From Octopus sinensis (Eukaryota), in assembly GCF_006345805.1 (NCBI RefSeq), contig NC_043008.1, positions 25,420,001 to 25,484,000 on the forward strand: a stretch of 64,000 nt of DNA. Reading direction: 5' to 3'. Under the pieces are notes generated by a model. It did no database searches, was not told where the DNA came from, and was given only the letters and a program-made list of their open reading frames with translations. The first letter of the stretch is position 1. Every line of letters begins with the position of its first letter. Made by a program: the position numbers and the translations under genes. This document shows positions 25,695-38,251 of the stretch, in pieces.

Positions 25695-26574
25695 TACGAG
25701 GGGGTACCCAAAAGAAACCAGAATTTTGCAATATTATTTTATTCACTTACTTTTACATGTTTTCACTTTTATCACCTTCAAAGTACTTTTCATTTGAAAC
25801 AATGCTTCAGTGCATATGCATTTTCCACTGTTTGGAGCAGTGCTGGAGTTCTTGTGAAGTGATACCTTTTAATGCCTCCATTGTTTTTTCTTCACCTCTT
25901 CCACATCTGCAAATTCCATAGCACCAGCTTTTGTCACCAGTGATGACCTTCAAAAAGTGGTCTGGATCAACTTCTAGCTGTTCTTTCAGTTCACAACATG
26001 CATTCAGTTGTGACTGCTTTTGACCTTCCACGAGCAAGCAAGCTACAAATTTTACTGCAACTCTTTTCATTCACAATTCCTTGCTCAAAATTTGTTGGCA
26101 GGAGGTCCAGAACACACCAAAGTTTGTCAATTATTGTTAGGTGACAGGTCTCCATGATCAGTTCATGAATTTTCATGATGTTTTCATTCGTTCAGGAGGT
26201 TGAAGGTTACTCTGAACGAGGTTGGTCCTCAATCATTAAGTGACCATTTCTAAAGTGTGGAAACCACTCATAAACTTATGTTTTGCTCATGGCAGTGGCC
26301 TTGTAAGCTATATGAAGAATGACAACTATTTCAGCCACTATTTTTCTCAGCAGAAAACAGAATTTCACCCCAACGATCACAAAAATCGACAAACTGGGCA
26401 GAAGCACTCCAAAACAAAGATACACCATGTAGCAGTATGACCTTACTGGAAAATGCTGGTCAGCAGACTGGTGCCTGAGGATCTCATCAAGTGGCTTCTA
26501 GCAGCGGAAGCCTGAACAACAATAGGCTTTTACCTACAGAACGTTTCTACTTGCTTTTGGATACCCACCTCATA
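25695..26574 (-). mobile_element. Internally deleted mariner with both TIRs
   Basis: TA-CGAGGGGGTACCCAAAA vs reverse complement TA-TGAGGTGGGTATCCAAAA. Minus ORF MKRVAVKFVACLL...LKVITGDKSWCYG carries the first catalytic D. Confidence 0.9.
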
Positions 26575-26789
26575 AAGGCCATGGGCACTGCCTCAAATCC
26601 AGTAAGAATAAAAAATATACCTGTGCATGCATATGCAAGATATATGAATGTCTATATAAGTATTATATAAGTGTTTTTCTGTAAATTTCAACTATATATA
26701 AGTATATATCTATACATATGTACATACATACATATATATATTTTTTTTTTTACCCCTCTGCGAAAAGATCTCAGAATTTTAATTGATTT

Positions 26790-27051
26790 GCTTTTGCAGG
26801 AAGGAAGTTTTCTTCGAAGTATACGTCTCGCTTTTATCCTTCGAAACGTTTAGTAGATGAAACCTTAGCGACTGAAGAAGGGGATTTTTCGTTGTGCTTA
26901 TTGTCCTGTATCTCTTTTTTGCTTGTCTTGTTCCTTGGTTTGTGTCTATGTTTTTCGTCTCTCTATGTGTTCGACATCTTTTTGGTGTCCTGTACACATA
27001 TGGTTTATATATATGCATATGTTCTATTTTATTAACATATATATATATATA

Positions 27052-27084
<33 letters not shown>

Positions 27085-27230
27085 TTATATATATATTAGA
27101 AAATTACTATTTGTAAATCTCTCAATGAACAGTAATTCTGTGCTGATGAAGGGAAATAACCCTTACCAATATTTTGTTTATATCACATCCTCACATTGTT
27201 GTTTTTTCTTGTCTTTTTCTCCATTTTTTT
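26790..27230 (+). repeat. PLE-LTR-like remnants with partial hammerhead motifs
   Basis: 26836-26885 has CCTTC-GAAA-CGT followed by CTGAAGA-AGGGGAT. 27143-27163 has CTGATGA-AGGG-AAATAA-CCCT but lacks GAAA. Both abut TA/CA repeats. Confidence 0.35.
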
Positions 27231-27237
27231 AATTAAT

Positions 27238-27292
<55 letters not shown>

Positions 27293-27334
27293 ATATATGC
27301 ATATATGTGTATCTATTTGTAATATATTTTTAAT

Positions 27335-27675
27335 CTTTAATTTGTTTCACTCAGTTGTGTGGAACACAACACTGAAGAAGTTTTAGTCAAATGAACTAAC
27401 TCCAGTACTTATTCTATCTGCTAAGTTACAGAGATGCAAACACACCAACACCGGTTGTAAACAGTGATGGGGGACAAACAGACACACACACGCACATAGA
27501 TATATATTTATGATGGGTTTCTTTCAGTTTCCATTAACGAAATCTACTCACAAGACATTGGTCAGTAGAGGGCTACATATAGTAGAAGACACTTGCCCAA
27601 GGTTCAACACTGTGGGACTGAACTCAGAACCATGTGGTTAGGAAGCAAATTTCTTACTACACAACTAAGCCTATG
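27335..27675 (-). mobile_element. SINE family B, degenerate
   Basis: Reverse complement aligns with 50067-50485. Confidence 0.8.
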
Positions 27676-27996
27676 CATATATACATATTTTTTTATAAAT
27701 ATACACATACATATTGACACACACACATAAACATACATACATATTGACACACACTATATAACTGAATATGCATGTAGATATCTCTTTGTATATGTAAATT
27801 ATGGAAAATACGTATTTGTAAACTTCATCATAAGTTTTTACCAAGATATATTGAAATGAAGTTAAATAATATCCTAATAACATATTTAGAGCTACCATTT
27901 GTTTATACATTTGGAAAGATAGTTAAATAAAAGCAAATGTCTCCACTATCTTGATGGAAGCCATGTTTATCATGATTGAACCAGACTGGACTCTGT

Positions 27997-28071
27997 GGCT
28001 ACTAATGCGTAGACTTGCTGATTACTAAGTCACCAAACTTAATTACAAAATATTTGAAACATGTTTAGGAA
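27997..28071. repeat. 75-bp segment duplicated exactly at 29601-29675
   Basis: GGCTACTAATGCG...ATGTTTAGGAA identical in both places, offset 1604. Confidence 0.95.
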
Positions 28072-29537
28072 AACCTATCTGTTGATTATTGATACAGAAA
28101 TAGACTGAAATATAATTTTCAGATAAGCTCCATTTTAGTAGATATTGGCTAGTTATTAGTAACAAATAGATATCTTGAAATTACTTAAGAGTAATCAGCC
28201 CATAGAATTAGACAAGGTTTATTTTTCTTTCTTTTCTTTTAAATTATTTACAGATTACTTACTGATAATAATGTGAAAGTTTATTTGGAATTTTAGTGGA
28301 CGATTGCTTAAGTTTGTAAATAATAATGATAATGATGATTTTTTTCATTTGCCATAAGGGCAGCAGAAGAAGGGGATATTACAAAACAGGGTTCATAAAA
28401 AGTGGGAGTTGAATGCTCAGTGACATCTAATTCAATGATTATGTAGTTCAGTTGAATGAACCAAGCACTCATCATCACGCAGTGACCCATCGCTCTGTGA
28501 TCCAATACAAGGTATATTAGGATTATTATTTTATTTTAAAATGTATCCTACTTATTATTTTGAATGGATTATTTTTGTATATATAAGTCATGACTAGGAG
28601 GTGATGATTGAACAAGGCTTCTAGCAAAAATAAGACTAAGAAGACTTGTTTTTCAAGACAAGTCTTCACTATAAATGAGTTCCAGTGAGAATTGGTCTAG
28701 CCTGACTACTTTCCTTGCTTATATTCTATAAATTTTTGTGAAGCTGACTTCCAAGATTGTATTGGATGTTGGGTCACATTTGGAAGAAAATCTTCTGTAG
28801 TAGTTGAATTCTTTTTTAAGAGTGTACTGAAATGTTCCTTTCAGTGGTTCAACACATTCTGACAAATCCCATTCACAAAGTTCTATATTGTCCTGATGTT
28901 TAAATATCACTAATCACAACAGAAGGAATTTAACATAAAATAAAGAAATGTCCACTATACAGAACTGATTGAACCTACAAGAATGTTTACTTTCAATACT
29001 TAGAAATTTCTTAACTTCTTAATAACTGTATCAATGCATTTCAATTCTGGAACCATCTTATTTATCCGATCAGAGTATCTTGTATATATGAGTACATTTG
29101 GCACATCTGTGACATCCAGGCAGTATTGAAAGGAATTTTAAAGGTACATAGTGAACACATGAAAATGTTATCAGCACCTTCAGTCATTTAGTCCAAGAGT
29201 CATGGAAAACAACTCCATAGCTTTTCACAGTTTGATTGGAAACCCAGAAACTATGAGCTCATATATACTCCAAATGGAGCATCAAACTACTTCCTACTTT
29301 AATTGATTAAAATTTTTGAGGTAAAGCTTAACTGAAATGTTTTGGGTATTTGAAACATTTAGTAATATCACTTTGCTGGAAAAATGTGATATTATCACTT
29401 AGTCATCTTCATAAAAATTTCTTTATAGCCTGAAGATATTTTACCTTAGTTGAGGGTTTTCTGTAATGTTATAGCAGTCCATCTGTTACATATTTAACTA
29501 CTGTCCCACTTCAAACAATGAGAATTAGCTTAGTTCA

Positions 29538-29675
29538 TGCACAAGGACATGCTATTCATCTATTCCCCAAGTATCAGTTGAATAGCATGTCCTTGTGCAA
29601 GGCTACTAATGCGTAGACTTGCTGATTACTAAGTCACCAAACTTAATTACAAAATATTTGAAACATGTTTAGGAA
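29538..29675. repeat. Perfect 21-bp inverted repeat (20-nt loop) followed by the 75-bp direct copy
   Basis: TGCACAAGGACATGCTATTCA (29538-58) / TGAATAGCATGTCCTTGTGCA (29579-99). Confidence 0.95.
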
Positions 29676-29679
29676 TTGG

Positions 29680-30320
29680 TGTGAAGTAGACGAGCCTGGT
29701 ATGGTTAATGGCTAAGGTGCATTGGCAATCAGTATTGAGAACTGGTTTGAAGCAACTGTATATGAAGCAGCAGACCATTTGATGTGACAGAAGTTTTGGT
29801 TACAGAGATTGCAGAAGCAAAGCAATAGTTGATTTGATGAAAGTTGTGTGAGACCTGATGAAACTGAGGTAGGAATAGAAGTCAGTATATTTGTAAAAGA
29901 TTGTACAACAGCTGTGAGGGTAAATCAAACAGATGTTTTGAATGATAACAGAGGTTATAAGGCAGGAAGATGTTAATCTAAAGCTGAGTGGTAGAAATTA
30001 AGAAAGGCAATGAAGGTGGTTAAATGTTCACTGGCAATTGGGGGTATTGTTGATATAATCATCTATATAATAATTGATTACTTCTGGGGTGGGGCCTGTG
30101 AAAAAGACAAAGACCTAGACCTCAAGATGACCAATTTATCAATTATATATAGCTTTCACAGATTATTAATTAGGTGCTATTTTGTGTCATATACATCCAT
30201 TAATAGCAAGATGAACTGGGTTACCAATAGCAACATGGTTTTGCTACTATGTGCAGTACTGGTAACAAGATACGCAATATTGGCAATTGGACTGTCAGGC
30301 AGACACTAGTAGCTTGAACT
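29680..30320 (-). mobile_element. CR1-like endonuclease-region remnant (approximate)
   Basis: Minus strand STIPPIASEHLT resembles PPLG.SDH; degenerate. Confidence 0.4.
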
Positions 30321-30978
30321 GTTGAAGTCTGTTTATTAACCTATGTAATAAAAAATAGCAATGTGAGCTGAAATGAAATGAAAATTGTCTACTTAGTGTT
30401 TGATGTCAAGGTAATATATATATTTTTTATAGAGTTGCTTTGAAATATTGATATTATTATATCGAACAGGAAAAGCATTAATTATAATTCCTCTATGTTA
30501 TATGTATGTGTGTTGTGTGCATGTGTGTGAATATGTGTGTTTATGTATACATACCTACCTACTTACATACACACATAAGTATACATATACGCATACGTGT
30601 GTGTGTTTGTGTGTATCGGATGTGTGTATTGTGTATTCACATGTACATTTGTCTAAATATATGTATGCGTGTGTTTGAGTAATTTTTTTTAAAGTAATTA
30701 CTTAAAAAAACTTGTTTACACTTTGAATTTTTAGGTGTAAATAACCATTCAAAACAACTCTTGCCAATAACGAAATTGTTATTTTTTTCTTTTTATAGGA
30801 AACTCATTTTGCTTATCTTTCATTAAAATTATTTATATTAGCTTAATATAATGTAATATTTTTAATTGAATACCAAACTTGATTAAACAGCTGATTATGG
30901 TATTTTCGTAAAGCACAAGACTATCAACAAGTTGTGTACTGTTCCAAAGTTTTATTACTCTTTTAAATATCTCTAAAG

Positions 30979-31042
30979 CATCTTCTAAACATAACAATCT
31001 AAACATCTTCTAAACATAACAATCTAAACATCTTCTAAACAT
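30979..31042. repeat. 25-bp tandem repeat, about 2.6 identical copies
   Basis: Unit CATCTTCTAAACATAACAATCTAAA. Confidence 0.9.
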
Positions 31043-31647
31043 ATAAAGATAAATTTATTTGTATTGTAAAATAGTATATTTCTGTAAATTCTTGAATGAT
31101 ATATTATGAGGTTTATTATTTTGAACAAAGGAGTGAAATGATAAAATGAAAAGTGCATTCTACTCTGTGTTGTTTCCTAGTCAGTTCCTATTTCACATTT
31201 GGTTATTTTATTGTACTCTCTTGATAAAGATTTTTATTCTTCATGTCTCAGCTGACAAAAATTTGAGAATATGTCTTGAGACACACAGGAATGTGATTGC
31301 TAATTTGATTAGTATTGTATATGTGGTGGTGGTGGTGGTGTTAGTGATGAGGAAAAGATTTATCTTCTAGTCTTTTCTTGTGGAAATAAAAGGTCAGAGA
31401 TAATAAGATTCACCTATGTATCATGATTTCACTAATGATAGTATTATGATTGCAGCAATATGATCGGTTATAACTTTGCTAAGTGGGCACATCTGGAAAT
31501 CTTCCAAGATTAGCTGTTCAAGCACAGAACAGTTACAACTCTTCAGTGAGTCTGATGGGTATCTGCCTGGCCAGTGTGTTTGTGTATCTGTCTGTGTGCC
31601 TGCACCCCCCCCTCTCTCTCTGTTTCATGCACACACACATGCTAATA

Positions 31648-32487
31648 CAGTGGTTCCCAGCCTGGGTCCAGGGACCTTTGGGGATCTACAGAGATAGAGC
31701 TGCTAGTCCATGGGCTGTGTTCCAAATATTGAAGGACAAGTTTGGGATTAATCAATGGTATTAAATTTTGGCCCTTTGCCAGTAATTTTAGGGGATAAAC
31801 CACAGTGCTTAAATGGTAATTTTTTTTTTTATCAATCCTGAAGGAATGAAATGCAAAATCAACCTCAGCAGAGTTTGAATCCAGAACTCAAAGAGCCAGA
31901 ATAAATGTCACTAAACATTTTGTCCAGTGTGCTTGGATGGATGGAAGCACTCCGTCAGTTACGACGACGAGGGTTCCGGTTGATCCGAATCAACGGAACA
32001 GCCTGCTCATGAAATTAACGTGTAAGTGGCTGAGCACTCCACAGACGCGTGTACCCTTAACGTAGTTCTCGGGGATATTCAGCGTGACACAGAGAGTGAC
32101 AAGGCCAGCCCTTTGAAATACAGGTACAACAGAAACAGGAAGTAAGAGTGAGAGAAAGTTGTGGTGAAAGAGTACAGCAGGGATCACCACCATCCCTGCC
32201 GGAACCTCATGGAGCTTTAGGTGTCTTCGCTCAATAAACACTCACAACGCCCGGTCTGGGAATCGAAACCATGATCCTACAACCGCGAGTCCGCTGCCCT
32301 AACCACTGGGCCATTGCGCCTCCACCCAGTGTGCTTACACGCCTACCAGTTCACTGCCTGGAGATTGTGATTACTAAATAAGGTTAGGCTATTTAGTTTA
32401 GTGGAGAGACATTTTTTAAGCTTGTGTTCATGGGAAAATTCACTTAAAACCAAAGGGATCTGTAGTAGTCAGAAGTTGAGAAACTAG
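31648..32487. mobile_element. hAT-type MITE carrying nested SINEs
   Basis: Termini CAGTGGTTCCCAGC / GTTGAGAAACTAG; flanks TGCTAATA / TGTAAATA match 6/8. A family A SINE (-) lies at about 31770-32355. Confidence 0.6.
31935..32325 (-). mobile_element. Young tRNA-derived SINE family C with 11-bp TSD
   Basis: Head GTGGAGGCGCAATGGCCCAGTGGTTAGGGCAG...GGTTTCGATTCCC; CpG-rich; TSD CCAGTGTGCTT at 31924-34 and 32326-36. Confidence 0.95.
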
Positions 32488-33815
32488 TGTAAATAAAAAA
32501 ACATAAATGATATTTGAACGCCAATCAGCTTTAAAGAGCTGTTTTCTTAGCTTCCATATCATTGCATTAAGTAGATGAGAGATATAAAACTCCATGGACA
32601 GAGCACAGGACTATCTTACTTCGCACTCTTAGATGATTCAATACCTTATCTTGTCATGATGTTCAAGTATTCAATTACATAAATAGATTAAATAGATTTA
32701 ATAGATTAAATAGATTTAATCATGAAACCTTTGAGCAGTTAATCCAATATCATATTAAATATTTCATTTTTACTTTTCTCTTTATTTCTTATGCCATCTT
32801 TCTGTTCCTTCTTTACTCACAAAAATTTGAACCTAAACTTACAAACCACCTAAAATTATTTATGATTATCTATCGCTAATAATAACTGTTCAGTTCAAAA
32901 TCAGAATCAACAAGAGCTAAGCACTGACATAAAAAAATGTAAAAAAAAAATTGTTTCAGATATTCTCATTTATATTGTACTTAGTGAATACAGAAATATA
33001 TTCTAAATTATATTTTAGTTTAGACATAGATTTTGGTTTCTAATAGTTTTGCAATTGAATTAATATATCATTTCAAATTTTATAAAATCTCAAAATACCA
33101 GTTGTTAGTTTTCAGATAAATATTTTAATAATTTAGCAAAATTTCAGTCATGAAAATTAGACAGTTGCAACTATTTTTGACATTGCACATTCACTGAAAG
33201 CTATATTAGGGTAATGTACTGTCCATTATGAAAGACTATAATTTAGATGTATTTTTTAAAAATCTTTATGTGGTATAGCTTTAATATCATTTTCTGAGTA
33301 TTTTATTCTTATCGATTATCACTCATCAAAGCAGTTATCTTTATCTCTGGGGAAATTTTGAATTTTCCGTCATTTGGAATATATCTCTACATAAAAGAGC
33401 TCATTGTCCTTAGAATATCCGTGTGTGTATATATATCACCACCATCAACATCATTGCCATCATCATTGTCACTCTTATATATACATATATTTCCATACAT
33501 ACATACACACATATGTATATATATTCGTGTGTGCATGTGTGTGTATGAGTATGTGTGTGTGTGTGTGCGTGTGTGATGTGTGTGTTTGTCTTAGTTGTGT
33601 AGAGTTGCTTGACTTAATAACTGCATCAAGTGTTTTAAACATTAGAATAATCTACAGCTGTATTAATATTTATCATTTTTCTCTGCCATATTTACTGATA
33701 GCAATTTTGTTAGACAGTTGAGGTCTGAAATAACATTCTATTATATTTTACACTAAACTTACAATGGCCTTACTGATTAAATATATGTTTTGTTTTTAAC
33801 TTGCTGAGTCTGTAG

Positions 33816-33906
33816 GAAGGGTCAGTGCCCATGTTCCTTGTAGCCCTACCTACACCAATGAGATTGATAACATTCGTGCTGATCTTAAACACACCTGCAC
33901 ATGCAC
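33816..33906 (+). CDS. Candidate internal exon, unidentified host gene
   Basis: Acceptor ttgtttttaacttgctgagtctgtAG, donor GTACGT; phase 1 to 2; (G)RVSAHVPCSPTYTNEIDNIRADLKHTCTC. Confidence 0.25.
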
Positions 33907-34533
33907 GTACGTGCGTGCACACACACACACAAACACACACACCACACAAGTACACACACACACACAAACACACACACAAAGTTCTGCTTATCTTGTTCAA
34001 AAATGTGTGCTCAGTAGAACCTTGTGTTTGTAGTGTGTAGAAACTAATTCTTTGTTTTTCAAACTGATAATAATTCTGTTTGTTCCTCCATTACTTAGCC
34101 CATCCGTAATGCTTTCACGTGATTAGTTGAAAGGATCAGGAGGGGAGAGGGAAAGGGGAGGAAAGAGATGGGGTGGATGCAGAGAAGGATGGGTGAGGGG
34201 CAGTTGGCAGTGAATGAAATGTGTAATTGGTTTTTTTAACTAAGTTTTCTTCCTCTGTTACTTAGCCCACCTGTAATGCTTTCAAGTGAGTAGTTGAAGG
34301 GAAAAGCATAGAATGAGAGAAAAAGACTGAGAAAGAAAGAGGGAGAGAGCTGTATATCAAACCTATAACATTGTGCATAAAGTATATAAAGTGTATTAAG
34401 TGATCATCATATTTTAATTTCCTTTACTTTTCAATAAATAGTAGATGAAATACTATCTTTTGATACAGACACAACATAAGCTACTCTTTAGTTTTCAGAA
34501 ATGGAAATATTCATGGGTCCCTCTAGTTAATGT

Positions 34534-34756
34534 TTAACCATTTAACATTTAATCCAGCTGTATCTGACTCAAATATTCTACCTGTTTTATGTTCAAACCA
34601 GCCAGATTTGATCTCTCACATCTATCCTACAATGTCAATCTAACAATAATCACATTATCAAAATCTCAAAGCTACAAGGTAATTCATAATTAAATCAAAA
34701 TAATGTGACTTTTTAAGCATTACATTTGACAGAGTGATCTGAATACTAAAGGTGTA
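34534..34756. mobile_element. piggyBac-like MITE (TTAA-CCCTTT termini, degenerate)
   Basis: TTAACCATTTAACATT...CTGAATACTAAAGGTGTAA; homologous to 57735-58314. Confidence 0.6.
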
Positions 34757-35149
34757 AAGGAAATAAGATGACATGCTTTTAGAACTATGGTTTGATTGAA
34801 TCAGCTCTCAGGTCAATGGTTTACAAGTGGTTTGTGAAGAAATTATTGAATATGTTTCACATTTTGTTTACTGCACTTTGAAGTAAACACAGGTCTCTGA
34901 TATCAATTATTATTCATATATTGAAAGGGTTTTGAAATTCAAGCAGAGGAATTTTGCCATCTTTTAGCATGTCAAAATAAATTTCTTTCATTTGTTTAGG
35001 ATTGAAGTTGGGTAGGAAATAATGCAAAGCTTGTTTGTGAGATAGATGTAACAGAAGTTTGATTCATTCACTCGTAGCTTATCTAATATTTCACTTTTAT
35101 CTTTTGATCTCCAAATATATTTTGAAAGATTCTATGTATCAGTGACAAA

Positions 35150-37850
35150 ATATGTCCCAGCACCGGTGGCACTGCCAAAGCTTCCTAACCTCCGGGCGCA
35201 TATCCCTCTCTACACAATAGGTGGATACTGATTTGCAGCTTGGTGATGACTTGATCTTGCTCTGCCTTGAAGATACCTTAGTATTGATCTCTCATCTCAG
35301 ACAGTCATGGAGAATCATCATCAGGATTTCAAAGGCTGCTTGTGCTTTTGTAGTTGAAGTACTAGCATCATCCATAGAGCAGGCATTAATTACTAATTAC
35401 TAATTACTCCAGTTTGCAATGCTTAGTCACCCATCACTAAATGGCTCTCACTTCTTTTAAGCACCAATGCCATGTATGTAGGTCCCTTCCAATTGTGCAA
35501 AAAAGGCTTTAAGACCAGGTCTATTGATGACTAATTGAGGGTGATATTTCTTCCACAGTGCACATGCAGGCCTCTAGTAACACTGTACTCAAATCCACAC
35601 AAGACACTCTGGCTGGTCTCTGTATTAAGCATCCAGGCCCTCCAGCTGAAATTAGGGATTTCTAAATCCCTGACAGTGACATGGCCTTGACTGCATCCAG
35701 TGATGATGTGACTGCAGCCTTGAGATCCTTCCCTGCGAGCAGCAGTGTTGGAGCTGATGGCCTGCAACTCAGCCACTTTAAAGAGTTAATCTTGCCATAC
35801 TCCACTGAGGTGGGAGCAAACTTTCTCTGATCCCTCACTGCTCTGATAGAGAGATGTCTTCACATGAACCACCTCTACCATGCCTGAGATCTCTCTTCTC
35901 AGCAAACCTGATTGCTCATAAGAATGACAGAGGCACCAACAGTGGTGGACAACATCTTTTAATGACTTATGATAATGTTAGCTTGTAGATCAGTCAGGGA
36001 TTACCTGAGTGAGGCACTTAGCCTTGTCAAGCTAGGGGTGGGAGCAAAGTGTGAATGTGAGGTTGCTACTCACACTGCCAGACACTTCATACAACACATG
36101 CTTCCCTCATCACCTTGCCTCCTGCTGAAGCTGGGTTTAAAAAGTGTCTTCAGAAATGTCAGATGTGACCACTTCTTGGAGATGTGTCTAAGATGTGCTT
36201 CCTCATTACACCCACTTACATACCTTTCCTATAGTACACCCAGCATACTCATGGCAGCTGACTCTGGATTGCTTCATTCACAAGTGTTTAGCAAGGTGAC
36301 CCTTTCGGTCTGGTCTTTTTTGCGTTGGCTGTCTGCAATGCTGCCTGATCGGTTCACTCACCCTTCAGTGTCTGATACATGGATAACATGACCCTGGTTG
36401 GCTCAGTAGAGTCTGTTGTTAAGGACCGTCAACAGGTTTAGCCAGTCCTAAAGGTTCTCGAGCTTAAGATCAACCCATCCAAGCCAGAGGTGATAAATGT
36501 GAGCTACGGTGAAGCTGAATTTTAGGACATTACTCAGTATCCAGTCTGTCTTGGTGAGGGCTCAGCTGACACCGAGAGATACTCTCTCCATTCTTGGCTG
36601 TCCAATCCTCCCAAAAGCCATAATAGAGTGCCTGGAGACCAAGCTTGTAGACTTGTCCAGATTGCTTCTCATTGATGCACACTTGGTGCTCTTCCTCTCG
36701 AGGGATTGCTTTGCCCTACCTAAGCTCCTTATCTCTCTATGCAGTGTACTCCATTACCCTTTCAGAGACTGTCTTGGTGACTTCGATGATACCAACTGGT
36801 GGTAATCTACAATGTCAGTTTTGATAGTGCTGGCTGGAGGCTAAACTGCAGGTTAGATTTGGTGGCCTTGGTCTCTGTTTCACATTGGACCTTACTCTGC
36901 TGGCCTATATTTCCTCAGTTTCTTCCAGCTGCACCTTCATTGGCAAAATACTCCATGAGATGTCTGAACCAGACATGGCCCAGAAACTAGAGTCAGCCCT
37001 AGTCAACTGGACCACTGAAAGCCTTGAGTCCCTCAGAATGTGGATGTCCAACATAATTGGGATGACATCAGATGCAAGTCCATCTTTGAATGGTTAGAGA
37101 CATAATTAGATCACCACTACTTTGCCTGCCTTTATTCTGACTTGCAGCCAAATAATGGTGCATGGTTCAATTCTGTGCCCTCCTTATCTACCACTACCCT
37201 TATAGATGTGTGCACTCATACTGGAGTAACCCAACTCCTCAGTCTCCACATGTATGAGTTGCACAAATGTCATTGTGGCTCTGTAGTAGATGAAGTCTCC
37301 TGCATCTAGTATCATGCAGCTTTAGCATGGGCTGAATCCCCCAACATGCAGCTATGAATGATATGATTAGGAGGGGCCTCGACATGGCTGGCTTCCTGTC
37401 TCAAATGGAGCTAGTAAGTTTCGACTGCAGGGATGGTATGTACCTCGATGGAATGACTCTCTTCTCATTTGAGAGAGCCAGATCCCTAGTCTGAGATGCA
37501 ACATGCAGTGAGACATTCACTGGCTCCAACCTAGCTGTATTGGCTGCAAACCTGAGTGCCACTGTCCATAACACAGAGGAGAAAAAAAAATCAATAAATA
37601 CAGGGTTCTGGCCAGCTGCTTTCAGTTTGTGTTGGCTGCTGTCAAGATGTCAGGTGTTGTCAGACCCCATTCTCCTAATTTCCTCAACAAAATCGGGATA
37701 ATGGTGGCCCATCTGAGAAATGAGGCCTGTGAGGTGGAATAGTTACTGCAGCAAGTGTCACTGGCCATTCTCCATGGCAATGCCATCATGGTCGTTACTG
37801 TGGAACATGGCTGAGCACACCCTTTGTTCTGATGTATGTGGCCCATAGCC
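35150..37850 (+). mobile_element. CRE-clade non-LTR retrotransposon remnant (RT + restriction-like endonuclease)
   Basis: KLGVGAKCECEVATHTARHF and LKLGLKSVFRNVRCD correspond to QLGVG...CE.A.H and KLDF.NAFN.V.R. Also C.CGSVVD...H, RHAAMND.IRR, DG.TLFSFERARSLV.DAT and SLAILHGNAIMV motifs. Start approximate. Confidence 0.8.
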
Positions 37851-38125
37851 CTCTTCCCTTCCACCTTCTGCTGCTTTACCTTCCTATTTTCTTTCTTTCT
37901 TTTTTTTTTGTTTCTTTGCATTTAAATGTTATAATTTAAAACGTGATCTGTTTGTATAACTAACTGTAGAAATAATGCCTTTTAAAAACACGTATTTATG
38001 CTGGTTCATGTTTATTTTGAATAAGTATTCTTTTGATATATTATCAGTGGAGATATCAGCATGTATGCAGCTTATTTGATTAGGCATTCAACTTTTAATC
38101 CTGCAAATTCTCTATATTTTTACAG

Positions 38126-38251
38126 TTCATGCTGATTGCTTTTGCTCTGTTTACAGTATTATTCATCAATGGGTTAAAACGGCACACATATTTTGTATGC
38201 AGCCGAGGCTCTCCAACACTTTTAAAGATTGGTGGAAGTTGCAGCCATTCG
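38126..38251 (+). CDS. Candidate internal exon, unidentified host gene
   Basis: Acceptor ttctctatatttttacAG, donor G/GTAAAT. 126 nt, symmetric phase 1-1, open: VHADCFCSVYSIIHQWVKTAHIFCMQPRLSNTFKDWWKLQPF. Not part of a recognised repeat. Confidence 0.45.

Noticed and set aside
28719-29500. Protein-like minus-strand frames (QDNIELCEWDLSEC..., FQYCLDVTDV...)
   Set aside because: Frames contain many stops and lack consistent splice sites; cannot be distinguished from chance.
32240-32325. tRNA-like A and B boxes (also at 50067)
   Set aside because: These are SINE heads with bodies, tails and TSDs, not tRNA genes.
38170-38251. HIFCMQPRL...DW resembles the PHD-finger half-motif H.YCL.P.L....DW.C
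   Set aside because: Upstream and downstream Cys pairs are missing; no domain call made.
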